20,039 nucleotides of DNA from an uncultured Victivallales bacterium (GTDB lineage: Bacteria > Verrucomicrobiota > Lentisphaeria > Oligosphaerales > CAZSBQ01): assembly GCA_964604795.1 (NCBI GenBank), contig CAZSBQ010000048.1:1-20039 (forward strand), read 5' to 3'. The notes under the pieces were generated by a model. The model ran no database searches. It was not told the origin of the DNA and saw only the letters and a list, made by a program, of their open reading frames with translations. Below, piece by piece: positions 8,579 through 16,536 of the stretch (positions are counted from its first letter, which is position 1; every line of letters begins with the position of its first letter). A program made the position numbers and the translations under genes.

Positions 8579-9088
8579 ATGTCGTCACGCGAAGATACCG
8601 TTCGCAAACATGTTTCATCCGCATTGGACGAGAGCAGCCGCGCTAACTTTGAAGCGGCGCTCAAAAGTCATAGCCTGACTTTTTACCAGAAGGGCCGGAG
8701 TCCCGCCGTCAATTTGAAAACCAACTCTGGGGGGCAACGCTTCAGGCTCCAGCGCCTGGGCCTGCTCGACAGATGGAACGCGGCGCTGGCCGCCTGGGGA
8801 GAAGATGCCAATTATCCCAGTCGGGGCACCGTGAGGACCAGGGGAAAAGGCGTGGACGAAATCGCCGCGCTCTGGCACGAATTCAGCAACAACAGCTCCA
8901 AGCTGTCCCCGAACGAGCGCTTGTCCGTGCGAGATTTCCTGGAAGAACTGTCTTACGATGATGTCTGCAAGGCGTTGGAAATTACAGCTTCGAGACTTTC
9001 AGGAAAACCAGACGAAGACCGATTTAGGTACTTCTGCGGAATTTGCTGGAATAAGATAAAGGAGCTCAAAAGCAGTAGGGCGGACTGA
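8579..9088 (+). CDS. hypothetical protein (approx 170 aa)
   Basis: ORF 8558..9088. The ATG at 8579 has GAGG 9 nt upstream, while 8558 has no RBS. No recognisable motif. Confidence 0.45.
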   Translation: MSSREDTVRKHVSSALDESSRANFEAALKSHSLTFYQKGRSPAVNLKTNSGGQRFRLQRLGLLDRWNAALAAWGEDANYPSRGTVRTRGKGVDEIAALWHEFSNNSSKLSPNERLSVRDFLEELSYDDVCKALEITASRLSGKPDEDRFRYFCGICWNKIKELKSSRAD

Positions 9089-9098
9089 CCTAAAGGGT

Positions 9099-9122
9099 GC
9101 GGGGAGTTCTCAAGCTCCCCGC
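9099..9122 (+). terminator. hairpin GCGGGGAG-N8-CTCCCCGC immediately after the 9088 stop
   Basis: 8-bp perfect stem, extendable with a bulge to GTGC...GCAC. There is no U-tract, so it is a weak terminator or a structural element. Confidence 0.3.
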
Positions 9123-9641
9123 GCACTTCCGCGGTCGAAAACCTGGGCGTTTATGGTGCACATCACGAATGGGTCCTCCCTTCGGGAGGAGCGATCTCGG
9201 TTGTGCAGCATGCACAAAACATCTGCCAGCTTTCTTTTGCCGGCGTGCTCCCGCTAGACCTGAAGCGAAAATGCGGAGGACTTCAGAAAACTTCGGGTGG
9301 CGGATAAAATCGTTTCAGCGGGGGGGCAGTTTGCAGCGGTGGCAAGGCATCCGGAACAAGAGACGATCCGCAGAACGGCATGGGTGCAGTACCTGCAGTA
9401 AACTAACTGTACATCAACTAGATACGGCCAGTATTGAAAGAGATTGATGGCGGATGTTTTTGGGGCTCCTGAGTTGGGCCGATCAACGGCTTTTTATGCG
9501 TACTCGAAAGCACCGGCAATGACGTTCGGGCGGCTGTCCGCCATCACAGTCTAAAGATGGCGCCTGGTAAACGCCGAAGGCCTGCAATCTGTTCATAGTA
9601 TTGTTCCACCCTGCCGTCCCCGACTGGTCATGAACTGATAC

Positions 9642-11571
9642 CTATTCCAGGACTGACGGCGCCAGACAGACGCGGAAGCCCAGGCTGTTGCCCGTGTTCT
9701 CCGGGCTGCTCCTGTTGCGGTAGGCCGACCGCACGATTCCGGACGAACCGACCCAGCAGCCGCCGCGACTGACGCGGTCCGAGGCCGCCTTAGTGTTCAC
9801 CGGGTTCGTCCCGGGCGACCGCCCGTAGAAATCGTCATCGTACCAATCATAGCACCACTCCCAGACGTTGCCCGACATGTCGTGCAAGCCGAGTTCGTTG
9901 GCTTTCAATTGCCCGACTTCGTGCGTTTCTCCCCCGCTGTTGTCTCGGTACCACGCCACCTCATCCGCGTTGTTCGAGCCGGAATACGTGTACCCCCGGC
10001 TCCTGTTACCGCCGCGCGCGGCGTACTCCCACTCCGCCTCCGTCGGCAGACGGTACACGTACCCGTCCGGCAGACGTCCGGCACGGCGCTCCCGCCCCGC
10101 CAACGCCTTGCAGAATTTGTCCGCATTGTTCCAGGATACGCCTTCCGCCGGAAAGCGGGGATGAGTGATACGTCTGACCTCCCGTCCGATGCCCAGAAAA
10201 CCGGACTTCACAACGTCCTCGTCTTGAAAATGACTTGGATTTCTGCCCGTCAGCTTCTCGTACTCTCCCTGCGTCACCGGATACTTACCCATCCAGAAGG
10301 GATGCGTTAGCGTCACCTCGTGGACCGGCTTTTCGTCTTTGTATGCGTCGGCCTGATCGCTGCCCATCTGGAAGGTCCCCGGTTCCACTCGGACGAACTC
10401 CATGCCCAGCTCGTTGCCGGCGGTCGGGTCGTCTGCAGGTGAAGCGGCATCGGATGCTGTTGGTGTGTCGGCTCGAATCGGTTCAGGTCGGGCCGGTTGC
10501 GGCTTATGCTGCACGGATGATGCTTCCGATGCAGTCGATGGTTCGCCCGGCAAACGTTCGCGCATGGCTGCGGCATCCGCAAAACGGCCGGAGGCATCCT
10601 CCTCCAACGCCGTAAGGATAAGCTCATCCCAGGCGAGATCGAGGCTTTTTACGTAGTACGATGGTGGCCGGGGACCGACCTGCTTGCCGGTGAGCAGCCG
10701 ATACATCATCAGGCCGACGCTGTAGACATCGCTTGCGGGCGTGGCGTCCTCGCCGCGCTTTTGCTCCGGGGACATGTACTCAAAGGTTCCCAGCATGGAC
10801 TTTGTGCTGGCTCCCGCACCCTCGGGAAGCTCAGTCTGCATCCCGCCGATGCTCATCGACATCTTCACGGACAGCTCGGCCTGACTGCGCACCCACTCCT
10901 CGCCGATCATGCGGACCAGTCCAAAGTCGGCGATCTTGAAGGTGGCGTAGCCGTCGCCGTCGGTGCAAATCAGGATGTTGGCGGGTTTTAGATCGCGGTG
11001 AATCACGCCATGTTGGTGCGCGTGAGCCAGGCCGTCCAATACCTGAGCGAACACCGCAGCCGCCTCATCTGAATCGAGCCGCCCACCCTGCGCCTCGGCA
11101 TACTCCCCCAACGTCCTGACCTCTGCCCTCTGATCTCCGCCCTCTGCCCTCCGACCTCCGACTTCTGCCCTCCGATCTCCGGCATCCAGCTCGTGGGGAC
11201 ACTCGCCCTCCAGGTTCAAGGACAAAGCCACTCGCCAGTTCCATTCGCAGCCAGTACCGCCCGTCGGTCTCGCCGAAGTCATCGACCTGAACGATATTGG
11301 GATGCTCGATATTCGCCATGGCGCGCGCCTCGCGCCGGAACCGCTCGAGCGCATCCGCCCGGTTTGCGAAGTCCGCAGGTAAAAGCTTGAGAGCGTACCT
11401 TCGAAGCAGGGTCGTATGCTCAACCTCATACACTTCCCCCATCCCGCCGCGCCCCAGCAGCCGAACGACTCGATACTGCCCAAGCACGTTACCGGGCTTC
11501 AAAGACGAACCTCCCGGGTCTTTGCCCCCAGGCGGCATCGTCTCATCGAAGTTGATGGTGTTGTCGTTCAT
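9642..11571 (-). CDS. Ser/Thr protein kinase fused to a C-terminal FGE-sulfatase (formylglycine-generating-enzyme-like) domain; frameshifted between kinase N-lobe and C-lobe
   Basis: N-lobe (ORF 11065..11637): [18 protein letters not shown] (Gly loop), YALKLL (beta3 Lys). C-lobe (ORF 9642..11483): [20 protein letters not shown]-sulfatase-like region: [16 protein letters not shown]...[16 protein letters not shown]...NVWEWC...RGGCW. The two frames swap between 11211 and 11238. ATG at 11571 (MNDNTINF); the GTG 11637 extension lies inside the upstream repeat. Confidence 0.8.
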
Positions 11572-11574
11572 GTC

Positions 11575-12195
11575 GTTCGCTTGTTTCTTGGGGCGCTGCC
11601 CCAAACCCCGCCAGGGGAAACGTGGTTCCCCCTGCACCCCCCCAAGGTAGTCAGGACCGGGGGCAATGGGCCGGGAACTTGAACGGTTTTGATAAACCGC
11701 TCAACTTCCCGACCCGGTTCCGCATTTTTTTTTTGGGCCTTCCAATCGTTATACCCTAAAATCGTCATACCTTCTCCGGCTCTTGTCTTCTCTCCGCGCC
11801 TCTGCGCCTCCGCGCGAGAATCATGCCTTTCCAATCGTCATACCATCTCTCTGCCTTTTGTGCTGGGACTGGGGGACCATGGGTGTGTGGGGTTGTGAGT
11901 ATGTGGGTGTCACTGGCAACTGGCAACTCGCGTTTCGCGCCTCACGTTTTATGAACAGGCAGGGATGCCTATTCTACTTTGCCCTTTGACTTTGCCCTAC
12001 CAATCGTCATACCTCTCTCTTTGCCTTTGCCCCATGATTCTGCCGCCAATGATTCTGCCAAATCTGCTCTTGCCTTACTTGCGTAAAACGTGTGTGGGTG
12101 GGTCTGTGGGTGTCAGGTTTCGTTTCACGCATCACGTTTTATGAACAGGCAGGGATGCCTATTCTACTTTGCCCTTGCCTTCCGCTTGTCATACT
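11575..12195 (+). repeat. modular intergenic repeat, copy A
   Basis: hp1 TTGGGGCGCTGCCCCAA 11588-11604; hp2 11611-11634; 41-bp palindrome CCGGGAACTTGAACGGTTTTGATAAACCGCTCAACTTCCCG 11671-11711, then T10 11725-11734; AATCGTyATACC at 11744, 11760, 11833, 12002; CGCG-rich unit 11790-11845; GT-rich 11881-11910; ACTGGCAACTGGCAACT 11912-11928; hairpin AACAGGCAGGGATGCCTATT 11954-11973 and again 12134-12153; ATGATTCTGCC x2 12034-12059. Confidence 0.8.
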
Positions 12196-13895
12196 TACCG
12201 CACGATGGTTTGGTTGTCGCTGGAGCGCTTGGCGGCTTCGGTGGCGGGTTCGACGGTGGTTTTTAGGTTGCGTTCCTGGCGGTCGCCGGTGTCCTTGTAG
12301 AGCGAGCGCATTTCTTCGAGCAGCTCGCGGTACTTGTCTTCTTCGCCCTGCTTCATGCGTGCGAGCGCTTCGGCGGCTGCGGGACTGTCGGCGGCCGCCG
12401 CGGCGAGGATTTGCTCGGGGGTTTTGCCGTCCTGCGATTTGAGTCGCATGGCGTCGAGGATGGATTTGCGCGCGTCGGGGTCCTGGATGTCGGCGAGCAT
12501 CTCCAGTTCGGACATGCCGGAGCGGCGCTTGGCATCCAATTCGGCCATCTCGGCCTTGTGCTCCTCCTTCTGCTTGCGCAGGCCCATGGCCCATTCGGTC
12601 TCCTCGCGTTCGCGCTGGTCGGCCCACTCCTTCTCCTTTTTCTCCTGCTCGAACTGGATATCGCGGACCTGGGTTGCGGTTTCCGTATCCTTTACCTGCT
12701 TGTCGCGCTCGTAGCCGTCGCGCTTGACGGATACGCCGAGGTCGTGCTCGAGTTTTTCGGATTCGACCTGGAAGGTATGGCGCAGGTCGTCGAGTTCGTC
12801 CCGCTTCTCCCAGGCGCGGTGCAGCTCGGTGCGTTCGCGGTCGCGCTTGTCCTCGGCGATGCCGTACTCGTGGGCGATGGCGGCCTGGTAGTCGGCCAGT
12901 TCCTGCTCCGAGTGGAACTGGTCCATTTGGTCCTTGGAAAGCAGCGAGCGCATCTGCTGATCGTACTCGATCTCGCGCCGCTTCTGCTCGACTTGGCCCA
13001 TCTTCTCGGCGAGGTCTTCGTACTCTTCGCCGGTGAATTCGGCGGAGGAGACGCGGACCAGCTCGATGCCCTGACGGACAAGCGCCTCGCGCAGGTAGCG
13101 GTCGAGGTCGTCCTGCAGGCGCAGGCGCCGCTCGGGATCTCGGACGAGGTCTTCGACGGTGCTCTTTACGCACATGGCGTCCACGGCGTGCCGGATATCC
13201 GATTCGAAGGGCGAGGTCATGTCTTGGTAGGATATCTGCTCGGCGTCCTTGAAGCGGTTTTCGAGGAAGGCGATGGCGCTCTTCTTGTCGTTGCCGAAGC
13301 GAACGATGACCTCGCCGTAGAATTCGATGGGCAGGCCCTCGGAGGTGCGCAGGCTCTCCAGGCGTACTGGGAGGATGACGTCGCCGGCGTCGACGAGCAC
13401 GACGGAGCGCGGCGGCGGGTTGCCGAAGCGGTTGATGGCGCGCGCCAGGCTGTCGGGGTTGTGCCGTCCCGCTTCCAGGATGCCGCGGAACTGTCCGCCG
13501 TCCATGAGCAAGGCGACGGTGCCGGCTTGGACGAGCAGGTCGTTTTTGAGCAGGCGCTTGATGTCGCCGATCTCAAAGCGCTGGGCGAAGACGCCGGGCT
13601 GCTTGCTCCAGACGCCGCCCGCAATGTCCGCGCGGCTCTCGGGATGCAGCGGCTGGTTGCAGTGGGGGCAGAAGTGGGAGTCGTTGCCGATCCATTTGCG
13701 GCAGGAGGGGCATTTCCACCAGCCGCCGGGGGCGGGACGGCCGCATTTGTTGCAGAATCGGGCAGCCTTGCGGACCTTGTTGTCGCAGACGGGCCAGTCA
13801 GGGTCCTGCCGCGCCTGCTCCAACGCTTTGCCGCTCAACGCGCGACCGCTGTTCGGATCGATCAAAGCCTGACATGTGTCACTGAAAATACCCAT
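12195..13895 (-). CDS. zinc-ribbon + SPFH/band-7 domain protein with long charged coiled-coil C-terminal region
   Basis: N-terminal CxxC...CxxC...CxxC (CNKCG...CPSCR...CPHCN). Central region VVLVDAGDVILPVRLESLRTSEGLPIEFYGEVIVRF...DIRHAVDAMCVKSTVEDLVRD...LREALVRQGIELVRV fits the SPFH fold pattern. E/K/R-rich C-terminus. ATG 13895 (MGIFSD) with GAGGTG RBS; the TTG 13964 extension (MGQRPKKQ...) lies in the repeat. Confidence 0.5.
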   Translation of the reverse strand: MGIFSDTCQALIDPNSGRALSGKALEQARQDPDWPVCDNKVRKAARFCNKCGRPAPGGWWKCPSCRKWIGNDSHFCPHCNQPLHPESRADIAGGVWSKQPGVFAQRFEIGDIKRLLKNDLLVQAGTVALLMDGGQFRGILEAGRHNPDSLARAINRFGNPPPRSVVLVDAGDVILPVRLESLRTSEGLPIEFYGEVIVRFGNDKKSAIAFLENRFKDAEQISYQDMTSPFESDIRHAVDAMCVKSTVEDLVRDPERRLRLQDDLDRYLREALVRQGIELVRVSSAEFTGEEYEDLAEKMGQVEQKRREIEYDQQMRSLLSKDQMDQFHSEQELADYQAAIAHEYGIAEDKRDRERTELHRAWEKRDELDDLRHTFQVESEKLEHDLGVSVKRDGYERDKQVKDTETATQVRDIQFEQEKKEKEWADQREREETEWAMGLRKQKEEHKAEMAELDAKRRSGMSELEMLADIQDPDARKSILDAMRLKSQDGKTPEQILAAAAADSPAAAEALARMKQGEEDKYRELLEEMRSLYKDTGDRQERNLKTTVEPATEAAKRSSDNQTIVR

Positions 13896-13924
13896 CGCTG
13901 CACCTCGTCTTTCGCTTTGCTTGG

Positions 13925-14430
13925 TGGTTTGTTTGCTTGCTTGTTTCTTGGGGCGCTGCCCCAACCCCCGCCAGGGGAAATGATTTCCCCTGGACCCCTC
14001 GGGCTGTTTTACCGCGAATCTCGTAAATCCGCGCGGCAGGGGACAGAGGGCATGGGTCGGGAACGTGAGCGGTTTTTGGCAAACCGTTCAAGTTCCCGCC
14101 CCGGCTCCAGTTTTTGATTTTCCTGTCGCTACTTCCGGACCATGGGGGGTGTGGGTTTGTGTGTGTGGGTGTGTGGGTGTGTGGGGTTGTGTTACTGATT
14201 ACTGGTCACTGGTCACTCCCGCTTTACGCTTGACGAACAGGCAGGGATGCCTGTTTTACGTTATCCTCTGCCTTTGCCCCATGATTTTGCTGTCAATGAT
14301 TTTGCCAACCTGCCCTTGCCCTTCTAATCGTCATACCCCAATAATCGTCATACCTTCTCTCTGCCTTTGCCTTCTCCCTCACGCCTCACGCCTCACGCCT
14401 CACTCATCACTCATCACCTGTCTTGCAGAG
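13925..14430 (+). repeat. modular intergenic repeat, copy B
   Basis: hp1 13948-13964; hp2 CCAGGGGAAATGATTTCCCCTGG 13971-13993 (11-bp perfect stem); palindrome CGGGAACGTGAGCGGTTTTTGGCAAACCGTTCAAGTTCCCG 14058-14098 plus T-runs 14111-14122; GT microsatellite 14147-14192; ACTGATTACTGGTCACTGGTCACT 14193-14216; terminator-like hairpin 14236-14258; ATGATTTTGC x2 14281-14304; AATCGTCATACC x2 14326-14354; CCTCACG x4 then CACTCAT x2 14369-14418. Confidence 0.8.
14236..14258 (+). terminator. terminator-like hairpin AACAGGCA-GGGA-TGCCTGTT + TTTT (module of the repeat family; perfect copy)
   Basis: 8-bp perfect stem, GGGA loop, U4 tract, in the + orientation only (antisense to all neighbouring genes). 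Equivalent copies lie at 20016-20037 (perfect) and 11954-11973, 12134-12153, 18209-18228 (one stem mismatch, TGCCTATT). Confidence 0.35.
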
Positions 14431-14502
14431 CAGTATACTCGATATTCCCGGGATTTTCAACTCCTCTATTTATCTCTGTTTACGGGAGCGGTGCTGCGTT
14501 GG

Positions 14503-15363
14503 TCAGGTTTCTCGCTTGGCCAGGGTTTCGCAGGCGCAGTAGTTGTAGGTACCCAGCACGGCGACGCTGACGGCCAGGGCTGCGGGCAGCCACGGCCCGG
14601 TGACGGTGTAGAGTCCGAGCAGGGCCAGCGCGGCCATTCCGATGGCCGTGTACCCCAGCAGCAGGAGAGCCCCGGCTGCATTGGTGCGTTGGCGACGCGC
14701 ATGGAAACTCAGGGGAGCGGTGATCCAGGGCAGAGCGGCAATCCCGGCGATGCCCAGCAGCCAGACCAGAATGCGACTGCCGCCGCCGTGGTTCTCGTCC
14801 TCCCGCGCCGCGGCGACGGTGGAACTGCCGGTCACGGCTTCGTTGAGCAGCCGCCGCTTCTGCCCCGGCGCGAAGGCGCGCAGTTGAACGGTGGCAAGCG
14901 CGTCGGCTTCGGTGGATGTGATGTCCCGCACGCTGCCCGCAATCACCACATCCAGGTCGACGCGACGCCCGGCGTTGAGTATCTGCTCCAGGGTGGTTGC
15001 GCCTTCGAGCTGGCTGGTGACGTCCTTCAGGAAGCGCTTGATCACCGACCGGTCGTCCACCTCGAAGCGGGGATGCCCGGCGACGGCCCGGCGCAGAGTC
15101 GTCGTCACCTCGTCGGTGGGATCGGAGAGCAGATGAGCCACGCCCACGCGCAGGGGCGTTTCATCCTCGGCAGGCGCCAGTTTGGCCGCCATGCGCTCGA
15201 CAAACTCCCGGCACAGCTGCTCGACCGCATGCCGCTCCTGCTCGGTCAGCTCCGGCGGACGCGGACGGCTGAAGACAAACACCTGCCAGCCGAGAAACGC
15301 CAGAACGACCAGGGCCAGTCCCTTCAGAGAAACCATAAACCACAAAAACCGCATTACGCTCAT
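14503..15363 (-). CDS. hypothetical membrane protein (N-terminal TM helix, 3-4 C-terminal TM helices)
   Basis: ATG 15363. Hydrophobic N-terminus FLWFMVSLKGLALVVLAFLGWQVFVF and C-terminus ILVWLLGIAGIAALPWI...ALLLLGYTAIGMAALALLGLYTV...ALAVSVAVLGTY. No family recognised. Confidence 0.5.
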   Translation of the reverse strand: MSVMRFLWFMVSLKGLALVVLAFLGWQVFVFSRPRPPELTEQERHAVEQLCREFVERMAAKLAPAEDETPLRVGVAHLLSDPTDEVTTTLRRAVAGHPRFEVDDRSVIKRFLKDVTSQLEGATTLEQILNAGRRVDLDVVIAGSVRDITSTEADALATVQLRAFAPGQKRRLLNEAVTGSSTVAAAREDENHGGGSRILVWLLGIAGIAALPWITAPLSFHARRQRTNAAGALLLLGYTAIGMAALALLGLYTVTGPWLPAALAVSVAVLGTYNYCACETLAKRET

Positions 15364-15384
15364 GAGAACACCTTTGATTGAAAG

Positions 15385-15445
15385 TACGACGAGTAGGAGG
15401 TATGACGATTGATTGGTATGACGATTAGAGGGGGTGACAATTGTT
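15385..15445 (-). repeat. minimal copy of the AATCGTCATACC direct-repeat module (two units 16-17 bp apart), here inverted relative to the other copies
   Basis: GGTATGACGATT at 15399-15410 and 15415-15426, then GGTGACAATTG 15433-15443 (compare CCAATTGTCAACC at 18292). It lies 35-60 nt upstream of the 15363 ATG on the gene-sense strand. Confidence 0.6.
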
Positions 15446-15448
15446 TGT

Positions 15449-16269
15449 TTAGGTTGTTGATTGGTTGCATTGCAGGGTCATGACTGTGATGGTTGGACCG
15501 GCAAAATTGATCCAGTCGAGTGCAGTAAAGGCAGATGAATCGAGGCGGCGCTGAAGATGGCGGCGCACCGTGTCGAGGTGCCTGGACTCCGTATGGCCCG
15601 TGACCTCGAATGCGGCCTGCTTATCCAAGCGGTGAAAGCGGCTGTATCCGGCGAATGCGCCGTCGTAGAACACAGGGGATTGCACCAGGACATTCTGCTC
15701 GCCGCCGAGCAAATGCACCAATGCATCGCGATAAAGATCGATGGAGAGGAATGCCCCCCAATCCGAAAGAACACTGCGCAGGAAATCCACGAGCAAGCGA
15801 CTTCTGTCTCCGCGCGGCTGCCAGTTGCCGACATCAAGGTCGAATCGATATCTGTCCTCGGTCGCACATTGAGTAGTAACGTATTCGCTTTCCACCGAGG
15901 ACGTCCCGAGATTGACCAATTTTCCGGTTCCCAGCCCCAGCATCAGGAGGTAGTTCAGAAGCTGTCCCCGATGCCTGTCGTCCAAACCGCGCATTGCCTT
16001 CAATTCATACACCACTGCATTCTCGGCAAGCGCATCGATAGAGTAGCACTTTTCGAAGGAACCATGCCGACATAGGATCGGGACTTCCGTGTGGACACTG
16101 AGGCCATCCTGCGAGCATGCATTCCGCAGAGCATTCTGATATACCCGCTCGTCCTGCATTGACCCGAGCGTGCGGTGGACGGCAAAAGCATGTCCCATGA
16201 CTCTGTAGTCCAGTTCATGGTATTCGTCCCGCGACACACGCCGCACCTCGCAATCAAACTCAATCGGCA
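15449..16269 (-). CDS. hypothetical protein with PD-(D/E)xK nuclease-like motif
   Basis: ATG 16269 (MPIEFD) with GGAG 8 nt upstream. The ORF-track start at 16294 is a TTG inside the repeat. Motif SIDALAENAVVYELKAM fits D-x(n)-E-x-K of restriction-endonuclease-fold proteins. The assignment is tentative. Confidence 0.35.
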
Positions 16270-16284
16270 TATCAATCTCCAACC

Positions 16285-16536
16285 TGCCTTCCAATCGTCA
16301 CATCCTACTCTCGGCCTTTTGGACCGTGGGACTGGGGGACTGATGGACCGGGGTGCCCACCCTCCCTGCCTGCCTTGTCATTCTGCCAAACCGCATTTGC
16401 CCTAGCAATCGTCACACCCAAAAAATCGTCATACCCGCTCTCTGCCCTTGCCCTTGCCCTTGCCTTTGCCTTCCAATCGTCAACCCCATAATCGTCAACC
16501 CAACGCCTTTCTGCCCTTGCCCTTTGATTGTCATCC
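16285..16536 (+). repeat. modular intergenic repeat, copy E (AATCGTCAyACC-rich variant)
   Basis: CAATCGTCACATCC 16291; GGGACTGGGGGAC 16328-16340 (as in copies A and C); AATCGTCACACC 16405 and AATCGTCATACC 16422; (TGCCCTTGCC)n 16442-16470; AATCGTCAACC x2 16473-16499; TTGATTGTCATCCC 16523-16536. Confidence 0.7.

Noticed and set aside
9097-9447. 116-aa ORF in the 9.1-9.6 kb gap
   Set aside because: Arg/Cys-rich and overlapping strong hairpins, with no RBS. Probably non-coding.
9605-9630. Possible attR (CCCTGCCgTCCCCGAC versus tRNA 3' end CCCTGCCTCTCCGCCA)
   Set aside because: Only a 7-mer plus scattered matches. This is too weak to call a direct repeat of the tRNA end without genome-wide context.
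11671-11711. ECF-sigma promoter reading of GGGAAC...CGxT within the palindrome
   Set aside because: The GGAAC to CG-T spacing is 19-20 nt rather than 16-17, and the element is palindromic. A dimeric operator or RNA hairpin fits better.
12411-14117. 568-aa plus-strand ORF (also 14065..15381 438 aa, 16353..18014 553 aa, 12139..13173 minus 344 aa)
   Set aside because: The translations are low-complexity (poly-L/V/G or P/R-rich) and lie antisense to, or frame-shifted over, well-supported minus-strand genes and over the repeats. They are typical open-frame artefacts of high-GC DNA.
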